A stretch of DNA of 44,982 nt, taken from assembly GCA_016931955.1 (NCBI GenBank), contig JAFGDV010000017.1, forward strand, positions 1 to 44,982, written 5' to 3'. This document shows, in pieces, positions 1 to 8,801 of the stretch. The notes beneath the pieces are model-generated. The model did no database searches and was not told where the DNA came from. It worked only from the letters and a program-made list of their open reading frames with translations. A program made the position numbers and the translations under genes. The stretch's first letter is position 1. Each line of letters begins with the position of its first letter. Origin of the DNA: Candidatus Altiarchaeota archaeon. Its GTDB lineage: Archaea > Altiarchaeota > Altiarchaeia > IMC4 > QMZM01.

Positions 1-33
1 CAAAGGAGGTGCAAGCGCAAGGTAACGGGATAT

Positions 34-75
34 ACGCAATTCCTCCGTGGACTAAAGTCCACGGTATCCTTGCGT
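34..75. mobile_element. Probable terminal hairpin (end) of an IS200/IS605-family element continuing left of the window
   Basis: CCGTGGAC-TAAA-GTCCACGG perfect stem (45-64) inside ACGCAA...TTGCGT (34-75); the CAATTCCTCC..CTAAAG..GGTATCCTTG layout resembles IS605/IscB/TnpB ends. Confidence 0.65.
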
Positions 76-82
76 GTTTGTA

Positions 83-1093
83 ATGAAAAAAACAAAAAAG
101 ATTTATATTTTAATTTTTTTGGCCGTCGTTGTGAGTTTGTTTTATTTATCATGGTCACAGAACACGCCAACTGGCGCATTTATAGGAACAAAGGATGAAC
201 CTGTAAGGATATCTCTTTTAACATATACCGGTTATGCACCATTTTATCTTGCAAAAGAATTGAGTTTTTTTGAAAAAGAGGGTGTGAATGTTGAACTTAT
301 AAGGATAGATGATATTGGTGAAGGCAGAGCCGCATTAAAGTCAAAAAGAGTTGATGCTGCACCCATGACATTGGATATGATGATTGCAGCAGCAGATGCT
401 GGTGTTCCATGTACTGCTGTTTCAATGGTTGATAGATCACTGGGTGCCGATGGGATAGTCACTACAAATGAGATAACGAAAGTTGAGGATTTGCAAGGGA
501 AAAAAATTGCGCTGCAACGAGGTTACCCGTCATATACGCTTATGTTGTATCTCCTCCAGAATAAAGGCATGAAAACAGATGATATAGAGATAATAGAGAT
601 GAATGGAGAAGATGCTGCAGCAACCTTTATAGCAAGAAAAATTGATGCTGCTGGAACATGGGAACCATGGTTGAGTAAAGCAACATCAAGAAAAAATACA
701 CATGTACTTATATCCAGTAGAGACGAACCCGGCATAATATCCGATGTTTTAGTCTTCAATTCAGAGTTCGTAAAAGAAAGACCTGATGAAGTTAGAGCCA
801 TTATGCGAGCATGGTTTGATGCAATCGAATACTGGGAAGAACACAAAGAAGAATCAAACAGGATAATGGCTGATGCATACGATCTAAGTTTAGATGATTT
901 TATTATAATGACCGAAGGTGTTGAATGGTCAGACTACAATATGAGCCAAGAGTATTTTAGAACAGATGTAGAGTGCAAAATTTGTGAGATAAAGAAAACA
1001 ATAGAAAAGGCATACATAAATGAAGGTGTTATATCCGGCAATTCTTTGGCTCGCATAGATTCTTCATTTATGAAGGGACTTTATACGCTTTAG
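83..1093 (+). CDS. ABC-type substrate-binding protein, NMT1/SsuA/THI5-like
   Basis: N-terminal Lys-rich plus hydrophobic anchor; GYAPFYLAKE, DRSLGADGIV, DLQGKKIA, WEPWLSKA motifs; ATG at 83 preferred over GTG at 74. Confidence 0.85.
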   Translation: MKKTKKIYILIFLAVVVSLFYLSWSQNTPTGAFIGTKDEPVRISLLTYTGYAPFYLAKELSFFEKEGVNVELIRIDDIGEGRAALKSKRVDAAPMTLDMMIAAADAGVPCTAVSMVDRSLGADGIVTTNEITKVEDLQGKKIALQRGYPSYTLMLYLLQNKGMKTDDIEIIEMNGEDAAATFIARKIDAAGTWEPWLSKATSRKNTHVLISSRDEPGIISDVLVFNSEFVKERPDEVRAIMRAWFDAIEYWEEHKEESNRIMADAYDLSLDDFIIMTEGVEWSDYNMSQEYFRTDVECKICEIKKTIEKAYINEGVISGNSLARIDSSFMKGLYTL

Positions 1094-2094
1094 GGTATAC
1101 TAATCACCTCGCCAGTTACATCAACAATTGGACGTAATTCCTTAAAGTCTATAAGGGAAAAAACGAACCGCGTATCAGATGTTATACCATACTCTCCCAA
1201 AGCAAAAATTAAGAATTCACCACCTAGTGCAGACACACCAGCGTAGTTCTCTGTAGGTAACACACCCAAAAATGGATGCGCTGGTTTCCCTATCAAGTAA
1301 AGGCCCCCAAATATCTCTGCAATTTTCCTTAGCTTGTCTCTAACCGCAAGTATTGATGTACCAGGATACTCTCGGTAATCTACTGGGATGAAACCATGTC
1401 CTGTTTCTGCTACTGATCGTATTTCTGTCATACCCTTCAGTAGAAAATCTTCGAATGGATCGACAGAACAATCTTTGGTAGGTACGAGATAAACGAACCT
1501 TTGCGGTTTTTTGTCAAAGAACTCTGCCATGCCCCCATATTTTACAATAGTGTATATCCCACTGTTGAGGAATATACCATCTAATATTGTGCTTGATATC
1601 GTGATTAAAGCCATTTTCCCTTCTGGGACTCTATAATCTAAGATGTCCTCCCCTTCATGCGCTGTCGCAACGAAAGGCGGTGCAAAATTTAAATCCATAC
1701 AAATCTTTTCAAGAAGTTTGAAAACTTCGGTTTCTTTTTCTGCGTCGAATAGTGAAAGATTTGCAACAACATTGCCTTTTTTCTTTTCTAAATCAAAAGA
1801 CATTTCAGTACTCAACTGTATAATTTCGTCAATTACGTAATTTAACTTCGTATGCACCATCGCTTTTCTCTTTTCTTCTTTACCTGCCGCGGTTATTAAT
1901 CTCCCATCTCTTCCATGATTTTCACTAAACCCTTTACTATCCAACAATTCAAGGTACTGTGTAATTCGTCTCCTGCTTAAGTCAATCCCGATTTTTTGTA
2001 ATTCTCTTTCTATTTCTGCTGAAGTCACTGCCCGGTTTTTCCGGTCTAGTACTGATAGTATTTCGTATTCTGTTCGGTCTGTTACTATCTCCAT
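1090..2094 (-). CDS. NrpR-family regulator (winged HTH + one NRD/DUF128 domain), paralog 1, most divergent
   Basis: EILSVL..LSRRRITQYLELLDSKG..GRLITAAGKEE wHTH; GNVVANLS, VPEGKMALITISS, DPF, DYREYP NRD motifs. Confidence 0.85.
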   Translation of the reverse strand: MEIVTDRTEYEILSVLDRKNRAVTSAEIERELQKIGIDLSRRRITQYLELLDSKGFSENHGRDGRLITAAGKEEKRKAMVHTKLNYVIDEIIQLSTEMSFDLEKKKGNVVANLSLFDAEKETEVFKLLEKICMDLNFAPPFVATAHEGEDILDYRVPEGKMALITISSTILDGIFLNSGIYTIVKYGGMAEFFDKKPQRFVYLVPTKDCSVDPFEDFLLKGMTEIRSVAETGHGFIPVDYREYPGTSILAVRDKLRKIAEIFGGLYLIGKPAHPFLGVLPTENYAGVSALGGEFLIFALGEYGITSDTRFVFSLIDFKELRPIVDVTGEVISIP

Positions 2095-2132
2095 GGTTAT
2101 TACCTTATCGGTTTCAGGCTAAAAATACTTTC

Positions 2133-3125
2133 CTATAGAAGAAGGACTTCGCCGCGGATGGGAGCGATAGGAGTGAGTTCTTTGAAGTTGATTGTTGATG
2201 CTAATGTGTCGTAGTTTGTTTTCACTCCTTTTGCTTCAAGTACTTCGAAAAGGGACTCAGGTGCTACTGTTATTAGACCAAAGTAGCCGCGTCTCGTTGG
2301 GATGCCGCGGAGGTTGTCTCCGTAGCCTCCAACAATTATCGTACCCCCAAGTATGTGCGCCACCTTCCGTGCTATGTCTACAACTCTTGCTCGGACAGTG
2401 TAAGGGACTTCGTCATACTCGAATAGGACTTGTCCATTACCGTTAGATACACAACCATATGTATCCGCCTGCTTATGTTCTATGAACGACTTAAACGGGT
2501 CGAAGGAAACACCTTCCAGTGAAACGAAATTCGTGCATCTTATGGGTTTCCATTCTCTGAATTCCAAGGTCCCTGTACTGCTAAAGCACATGAAGATTCC
2601 GTTATTGAACAAGATTTGTTCCATGACCGAGCATGTTAGCAGCGTCAACCCGAACATGCCTTCTGGAACTACTCTGCTGCCTATTTTCTCCCCTGAGTGC
2701 GAAATTTTTGCTAACTGAGAAAATAGCGGGCTCTGACAGATTTTTTCGAGAATGCACATAGTCTTCTCCTCGTATTTTTCTTTGATTATGCATGAATTGG
2801 CTAATAGTTCTCCTCTCTGGCGGACAAGATCAAAATTTGCATCCATAATCATCCGCGCGATGAGGTCAAAAATAAAATCCGCCCTAGCATAAACATAACC
2901 AGTCTTCAGCTCACCCCTACCCCCCTCAGTAATCCTCCTACCCTTCTTCCCCAAGTTTTCGGTGAAGCCTTTCTTGTCGAAGTCCTGTAGATAATTCCTA
3001 ATCATACGATCCGTCAGACGAATGCCTAAATCATCCAATTCCTTCTTCAGCTCACCCGAAGTCATCGGCTTATTATTTCGCTCCAACGCAGACAAAATCT
3101 CGAAGACATTATGCTCACGCTTCAC
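2133..3125 (-). CDS. NrpR-family regulator, paralog 2
   Basis: LTDRMIRNYLQDFDKKG..GRRITEGGRGEL wHTH plus NRD motifs; GTG start overlaps stop of paralog 3. Confidence 0.85.
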   Translation of the reverse strand: MKREHNVFEILSALERNNKPMTSGELKKELDDLGIRLTDRMIRNYLQDFDKKGFTENLGKKGRRITEGGRGELKTGYVYARADFIFDLIARMIMDANFDLVRQRGELLANSCIIKEKYEEKTMCILEKICQSPLFSQLAKISHSGEKIGSRVVPEGMFGLTLLTCSVMEQILFNNGIFMCFSSTGTLEFREWKPIRCTNFVSLEGVSFDPFKSFIEHKQADTYGCVSNGNGQVLFEYDEVPYTVRARVVDIARKVAHILGGTIIVGGYGDNLRGIPTRRGYFGLITVAPESLFEVLEAKGVKTNYDTLASTINFKELTPIAPIRGEVLLL

Positions 3126-4114
3126 AGCAATATCACCTCACCTCTGACGGGAGCGATTGGTTCAAGCTCCTTAAAGTTAGTTTTTGTTGTGAATGTGTCG
3201 TAGTTCGTTTTTATGCCTTTTTCTTCGAGGGCGGCGATTATTGATTCTCCTGCGATTGGTATGATGCCGAAGTATCCTCTTTTTGTGGGTATGCCTAGGA
3301 GGTTGTCTCTGTAGCCTCCGACGACTACTGTGCCGCCTAGTACGCTCACCATCTTCTGGAGTACTTTTATTGTCTTGGATCTGACGGTGTATGGTATATC
3401 ATCGTATTCGACGAGGACGCCTCCGCGTCCTCTGGTTGCTGCATCATATACACCAACCATTTTGTAGTCTATGAACAACTTCCATGGGTCGAATGATACC
3501 CCTAAGCCCGATGCGAATTCCGTGCATCTAACGGGCGTATGGTCTTCGATTTTAGCTATGCCGCTATAACCGAAGTCGACAAATATTCCATTATTGAAGA
3601 TGCATTGATCTACTGCGCCGCTGCTGACAACAGAAAGACCGAACATATCCTTTGGCACTTCTCTGCCAGATATTTTTTCGCCTGCGTGGCTTATTTTAAC
3701 GAGCGGCGAGAACAGGCTGCTTTGACAGACTTCTTCAAGAATATGCAAAGTCTTCTCTTCATGGCTTTCTTTAATTAATACGTGGCAGGTCACCACTTCC
3801 CCTTTCAGCCTATCCAAATCAAACTTAGCGTCCATCATCAAACGCTTAACCAAATCAGAGATCAAGTCTGTGCGAGCATATATAAAAGAATTCTTCAATT
3901 CATCTCTTCCTCTTTCCGTGATCTTACGACCTTCTTTCCCAAACGTCTGAGTGAATCCCTTCCTGTCGAAGTCCTGCAGGTAGTTACGGATCATACGATC
4001 AGTTAGACAAATACCGATATCATCCAACTCCGCCTTTATTTCAGCCGAAGTCATGAATTTATTGCTCCGCTCTAAAGCAGAGAGTATCTCGAATATTTTA
4101 GGCCGATTCTTCAT
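3122..4114 (-). CDS. NrpR-family regulator, paralog 3
   Basis: Same wHTH+NRD architecture; ATGA start/stop overlap with paralog 4. Confidence 0.85.
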   Translation of the reverse strand: MKNRPKIFEILSALERSNKFMTSAEIKAELDDIGICLTDRMIRNYLQDFDRKGFTQTFGKEGRKITERGRDELKNSFIYARTDLISDLVKRLMMDAKFDLDRLKGEVVTCHVLIKESHEEKTLHILEEVCQSSLFSPLVKISHAGEKISGREVPKDMFGLSVVSSGAVDQCIFNNGIFVDFGYSGIAKIEDHTPVRCTEFASGLGVSFDPWKLFIDYKMVGVYDAATRGRGGVLVEYDDIPYTVRSKTIKVLQKMVSVLGGTVVVGGYRDNLLGIPTKRGYFGIIPIAGESIIAALEEKGIKTNYDTFTTKTNFKELEPIAPVRGEVILL

Positions 4115-5106
4115 AACAATATCACCTCACCTCTGACGGGAGCTATTGGCTCTAACTCCTTGAAGTTGATGGCTGATAAAAGCGTTGAATAATTGGTTTT
4201 GATTCCTTTTTCTTCCAATGCCGCGAAAATAGACTCACTGCCAACCAAGACAAGACCACAATAACCAGCCCTCGTTGGCACCCCAAGAAGATTATCGCCA
4301 TAGGAGCCGACTACCACTATACCGCCGATTATGTCCACAGTCTTCCTCAGCAAACTTATAACCCTTGCCCGGGCAGTGTATGGTATTTCACAATACTCTG
4401 CTAGAACACTTCCACCCCCCTTAGTGACGCAGTCATAGACCTGCACATATTTATGTCTTATAAACATCTCCCACGGATCAAAGGAAACACCTGAACCTGA
4501 AACGAATTTTGTGCATTTAACCGGATTCCAATTCTTGACCTCTAATATGGTGCTGTTTCCAAAATGCATAAAAACCCCATTATTAACTAAGATCTGATCC
4601 ATCACAGTAGCTGTGCTCAGCACAGCTAAACCAAACATTCCTTCAGGTACTACCCTATTACAGAGTCTCTCCCCTGAGTGGGCAGTTTTCACAAGAGGAG
4701 ATAAAAGACCACTCTGACAGATTTCACCTAAAATTTCCATGACTTTATCTTCCTTACTTCCCTTAATCATCACCAATGAAACTATAAGCTCGCCACGCTG
4801 CCTATTTAAATCAAATCTTGTGTCTGTTACCATTCGCGCGATTAAATCAAAAACAAAATCAGAGTGAGCATAAATAAAAGACGTCTTAAGTTCGTCTCGG
4901 CCTTTTTCTGTGATCTTCCTGCCTTCTTTCCCGAACGGCTGAGTGAAGCCCTGCTTGTCGAATTTCTGTAAATAGTTGCGGATCATGCGGTCAGTTAAAC
5001 GAATACCTATGTCAACTAGTTCGGCCTTAATTTCATTAGACGTCAGCGGCTTATTATTCTTTTCAAGCACGGACAAAATCTCGAAGACATTATGCTCTCG
5101 CTTCAC
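4111..5106 (-). CDS. NrpR-family regulator, paralog 4
   Basis: Same architecture; GTGA overlap with paralog 5. Confidence 0.85.
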   Translation of the reverse strand: MKREHNVFEILSVLEKNNKPLTSNEIKAELVDIGIRLTDRMIRNYLQKFDKQGFTQPFGKEGRKITEKGRDELKTSFIYAHSDFVFDLIARMVTDTRFDLNRQRGELIVSLVMIKGSKEDKVMEILGEICQSGLLSPLVKTAHSGERLCNRVVPEGMFGLAVLSTATVMDQILVNNGVFMHFGNSTILEVKNWNPVKCTKFVSGSGVSFDPWEMFIRHKYVQVYDCVTKGGGSVLAEYCEIPYTARARVISLLRKTVDIIGGIVVVGSYGDNLLGVPTRAGYCGLVLVGSESIFAALEEKGIKTNYSTLLSAINFKELEPIAPVRGEVILL

Positions 5107-6092
5107 AGCAAAATCACCTCACCCTTAACCGGAGCTATTGGTTCAAGCTCCCTGAAATTGATGGCGCCATCTATCGTCTCAGTATTAGTCTCTATACCCT
5201 TCTCCTCCAAGGCAGCGGGCAGAGACTCTCCACTGAATGCCACAACGGGGGTATATGTTTCTTTGGGATGGATCCCGAAAATATCTTCCCCCGCCCTGCC
5301 CACAGCAACTTTACCTCCTAAAACCTCCAATCCCCCCCTGAGCAGCTTTATCGCCTTAACCCTTGAAGTATAGGGAAACTCCCGGTAATCCCCAAGTATC
5401 CTCCCAGTCCCAGTGGTTGCCGCACCGTAAACAGAGGCTGCTTTTTTTTCAATAAAGAATCCTAGTGGATCAAAAGAACAACCTATTGCATTTACAATAT
5501 CAACGCAACGCGTCGGCCTGTGATTTTTGATTTCAAGAATAATACCCCAAGAGATAATAGAGTATATGCCTTCATTCAACAACATTTGGTCGACTGTTAT
5601 GCTACTCATGGTGACGATGCCTATTTTGCCTTCAGGCACAAACCTATTACAGAGCTTCTCCCCCTCATGCCGGACACAGATAAAAGGTGGGAAAACCCCG
5701 GATGAACAAACATCCTCAAGAACCTTCAGAGCCCGGCTTTCTTCCTTTTCGAGGATATAGGACAGATTAACTATTACTTCGCCTCGACATCGATTGACAT
5801 CAAATTTCGTTTCAGTAATCATCCTCACAATCTTATCAAAAATAAAATCTGTCCGAGCATAAACATAACCGGTCTTCAGCTCATCCCTACCCACATCAGT
5901 TATACACCGACCTTCTTTGCCAAGATTCTTAGTGAAGCCTTTTTTGTCAAAATCCTGGAGATAGTTGCGGATCATGCGGTCAGTTAAACGAATACCTATG
6001 TCATCGAGTTCCGCCTTAATTTCTCCAGAAGTCATAGGCCGATTATTCCTCTCCAACACCGATAAGATCTCGAAGACGTTGCGTTCCTTCAT
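5103..6092 (-). CDS. NrpR-family regulator, paralog 5 (first gene of the tandem operon)
   Basis: Start moved to ATG 6092 (MKERNVFEILS) by alignment with paralogs; GEVIVNLS, VPEGKIGIVTMSSITVD, DPL, GDYREFP. Confidence 0.88.
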   Translation of the reverse strand: MKERNVFEILSVLERNNRPMTSGEIKAELDDIGIRLTDRMIRNYLQDFDKKGFTKNLGKEGRCITDVGRDELKTGYVYARTDFIFDKIVRMITETKFDVNRCRGEVIVNLSYILEKEESRALKVLEDVCSSGVFPPFICVRHEGEKLCNRFVPEGKIGIVTMSSITVDQMLLNEGIYSIISWGIILEIKNHRPTRCVDIVNAIGCSFDPLGFFIEKKAASVYGAATTGTGRILGDYREFPYTSRVKAIKLLRGGLEVLGGKVAVGRAGEDIFGIHPKETYTPVVAFSGESLPAALEEKGIETNTETIDGAINFRELEPIAPVKGEVILL

Positions 6093-6193
6093 TCTGGAAT
6101 AATATTTAGGGGAGCAGACGCTATAAAGAATCCTAAGGGGGATGATCACGATGAATAGATCCCGCAATTAGTCAAAATAAAAGAAGAAAAAAC

Positions 6194-6481
6194 TTAGAGG
6201 TGCTTTTCAGCGTACTCCATAGCAGACTTCGCGTCCCCCAGCTCAAGGTTCACTGGAATACAGTAGGTCTTAAGCAGATCAAGGAACTCGGAAAGAGAGA
6301 CTCCGGCGAATCTCGCACCCAAGCCAAGGCTGACCTTACCCTCCCTGTAAAGCTCCAACGCCTCCATCTGCCTCCCCTTAAACAAAAGACTTCTTATAAC
6401 CTTGGACCTCTTCTTCCTCAGAATCCTGCCGATAAAATCCAAATCCTTCACACGCTCCAATCGAACAGATACCGTCTCCAT
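6194..6481 (-). CDS. UPF0175-family putative antitoxin
   Basis: ALELYREGKVSLGLGARFAGVSLSEFLDLL signature; next to PIN gene. Confidence 0.8.
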   Translation of the reverse strand: METVSVRLERVKDLDFIGRILRKKRSKVIRSLLFKGRQMEALELYREGKVSLGLGARFAGVSLSEFLDLLKTYCIPVNLELGDAKSAMEYAEKHL

Positions 6482-6486
6482 TTTTT

Positions 6487-6972
6487 TTACTCCAACCTGC
6501 TTTTAAAGTAAGCATAAACCTCCTTCGAATACCTCCCATAATCATAAAGCCTGTCCAGCTTCCCCTCAGCCTCCTCTTTCGTAAAAAGCCCCTTCTCAAA
6601 CAACCTGACGACCACAGCCATCGCACAAACGAAGGGGATCCTCTCAACCCTGCACAACTTTATAAGCTCCCCGTCATCTGTCAACAAAGCCTTGGCTTCG
6701 GCTTCATTAAACAAAACATAAGCAGCTGCCTCGCCTTCATGGAGCCTGAACTGCTTAAGCACTGCCGTCAATTTACTCTTTTTTATTTCCCTCACCTCAA
6801 GTCTACCCCTCTCCACTTCCTTCCGGATGAGCACGGAATCAAATGCGTCCTTGTTCACAGACACCTCCCCTAAAACCTCCCCAGGAATAACCACCCTAAA
6901 GTTATCTAAAAACTCCTGGATAACAGACGCCTTCGCCAACAAAATCAAAGTCGACGCATTAGAAACCAACAT
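6487..6972 (-). CDS. DUF3368-type PIN-domain nuclease (putative toxin)
   Basis: MLVSNASTLILLAK, VVIPGEV, LHEGEAAA, LLTDD PIN motifs; start moved to ATG 6972. Confidence 0.8.
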   Translation of the reverse strand: MLVSNASTLILLAKASVIQEFLDNFRVVIPGEVLGEVSVNKDAFDSVLIRKEVERGRLEVREIKKSKLTAVLKQFRLHEGEAAAYVLFNEAEAKALLTDDGELIKLCRVERIPFVCAMAVVVRLFEKGLFTKEEAEGKLDRLYDYGRYSKEVYAYFKSRLE

Positions 6973-7003
6973 ATTACAAATATATACATTTGCAATATAA
7001 AAA

Positions 7004-7200
7004 TCACAGCAACAAAAACTCGCCACAGACGGAGGCAACCGATTCAAGCTCCCTGAAGTCCATCATAGTGCACAAAAACATGAAAATATGTGCAGTACAT
7101 TTTATCCACAGCCCAACCCGGATCCGATCCCGCCCGACATCATAGGCCGATTATTCCTCTCCAACACAGACAAGATCTCGAAGACTTTGCGTTCCTTCAT
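7004..7200 (-). pseudogene. Internally deleted seventh NrpR-family copy
   Basis: 7200-7102 translates MKERKVFEILSVLERNNRPMMSGGIGSGLGCG* (near-identical to paralog 5 start); 7066-7004 translates MMDFRELESVASVCGEFLLL*, matching the paralog C-terminus INFRELEPIAPVKGEVILL*. Confidence 0.85.
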
Positions 7201-7340
7201 TTTCTTGGGTTATTGTTTAGGGAACACTGAGTTATAAGGGGGGGAGAACTTGGCTTATTTGTTTCTTGCAGACAATATTTAAGAGGACGTATTTTTATAA
7301 TTATACAACAAACCCCACACAGGCCCTGGAAAAACATAAA

Positions 7341-8801
7341 ATGATGCATTGGATAATGGCGGCCGTGGTAGGATTCTTCGCCATAATAATATTGGTAGGC
7401 TTATACCTCTCCAAGTCAGTGAAGGGGAGAAGCGAAAACTACATAGTAGCAGACAGAAAACTGATCCTCGGAGTAACAGCGGCAACGCTGACCGCCCAAA
7501 GCATCGACGCAGACATAACACTGGGGTTGACGAATTTCACCTTCCAATACGGTTTCTGGTCGGGTGCGGCAATGATCCTGGGCCTAGGCGGCGCACTAAT
7601 CCTGATAGGATTATTCTTCGCCGAACCACTGAACAAGATGAAACTACTCACACTACCAGACTTCTACCGGAAAACCTACGGAAGACACATGGAAGCCATG
7701 GTATCCATGCTAATGGCCCTAAGCGCCTCAATATTCATCGGCGGATGCCTCGTCGCCCTAGGCTTCATCTTCCAAAGCTTCCTCGGAATACCCTACTGGC
7801 CCGCCATAATACTCGTCTCGGCAGGCATACTAACATACACTATGGCAGGCGGCCTGGTCTCAATATCCAAGACAGACATCATACAGTTAGTCTTCGTTCT
7901 ATTAGGAGCAGCAGCCCTCATGTTCATCGTATTAGATTATGGATTACTATCCAACATAACACAGGGAATAGAAAACCCGAGCAAGATGCTGGACTCGAAC
8001 ACGGGTCCGGCAGTCAACATAGCGATCCTACTGGCCCTAGGGTTAGGGAACATTGTCGCAATAGACTTCATGGAGCGCGTATTCGCGACCGACAAACCAG
8101 AAACATCCAAGAAAGCATGCTACATCGCAGGAATAGGGACCATACTCATAGGGATACCCTTCATCCTCGTAGGAGTGTCCTCCAACAGCCTATTCACTGA
8201 ATTAGACATCCCAGTCAACCCAGACGCTGAGCCCGTGCTGCTGACCTTCCTATCCAATGTGCAGCCTCAGATCCTTACTTACCTGATCCTGTTGGGGCTT
8301 ATCGCGGCCGCCGTGTCTACGGCAGACGGATTGATTCTGGCGGCCTCCTCTATAACCTCCCACAACCTGCTGGGGTATAAGCCAGGTTCTTTGAATAAGA
8401 GAGGAGACCGGCTGCTGTACATGTCGAGGCTGTGCATGATACCTGTTCTCGCATTCAGCATAGTGTGCGCCATCACCCTGCCCTTCCCAGGCACGCTAAT
8501 AATACTATCATTCGACATACTGCTCTCCGGGGCAGCTATTCCATTCATACTGGGGGTGCACTGGAAGAAAGCCAACAAGCCGGCGGCCATCGCATCCTTT
8601 GTGGCGGGAGTGCTCACACGCCTCCTCCTCTTTGTGCTGACGCCGACCTTCTACGGCATAGAGAACAACATACTGTTCATAGAAGGCTTCCTAACACCAG
8701 CCTTCGATGGAGTGCCGACCATCCTATCACCCCTCATCGGCTTGGTGGTCTTCGTCGCAGTCGCCTCGATAACGCAAGAAAACAACATAAAGACGGGCTA
8801 A
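7341..8801 (+). CDS. Sodium:solute symporter (SSS/PutP/DUR3-like)
   Basis: ENYIVADRKL, LLTLPDFY..YG, YTMAGGLVSISKTDIIQ, AAAVSTADG; many TM segments; ATG 7341 downstream of TTTTATAA (~7293). Confidence 0.9.
   Translation: MMHWIMAAVVGFFAIIILVGLYLSKSVKGRSENYIVADRKLILGVTAATLTAQSIDADITLGLTNFTFQYGFWSGAAMILGLGGALILIGLFFAEPLNKMKLLTLPDFYRKTYGRHMEAMVSMLMALSASIFIGGCLVALGFIFQSFLGIPYWPAIILVSAGILTYTMAGGLVSISKTDIIQLVFVLLGAAALMFIVLDYGLLSNITQGIENPSKMLDSNTGPAVNIAILLALGLGNIVAIDFMERVFATDKPETSKKACYIAGIGTILIGIPFILVGVSSNSLFTELDIPVNPDAEPVLLTFLSNVQPQILTYLILLGLIAAAVSTADGLILAASSITSHNLLGYKPGSLNKRGDRLLYMSRLCMIPVLAFSIVCAITLPFPGTLIILSFDILLSGAAIPFILGVHWKKANKPAAIASFVAGVLTRLLLFVLTPTFYGIENNILFIEGFLTPAFDGVPTILSPLIGLVVFVAVASITQENNIKTG

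Noticed and set aside
1090-6092. Diversity-generating retroelement or shufflon behind paralog variation
   Set aside because: No reverse transcriptase, template repeat, recombinase or inverted cassettes in the window
6096-6109. GGAA-TAATAT-TTAG (and GGAA-TATTAT-TACA at 12281) as NrpR operators
   Set aside because: Two mismatches in an 8-bp motif is indistinguishable from chance
6973-7047. Cys-rich N-terminal extension of the PIN protein
   Set aside because: It is another frame of the NrpR relic; the PIN fold starts at ATG 6972
7349-8200. 283-aa alternate-frame ORF inside the symporter (similar cases at 14296-15060 and 25039-25767)
   Set aside because: Arg/His/Pro-rich shadow frames arising from few T at third codon positions; no recognisable motifs
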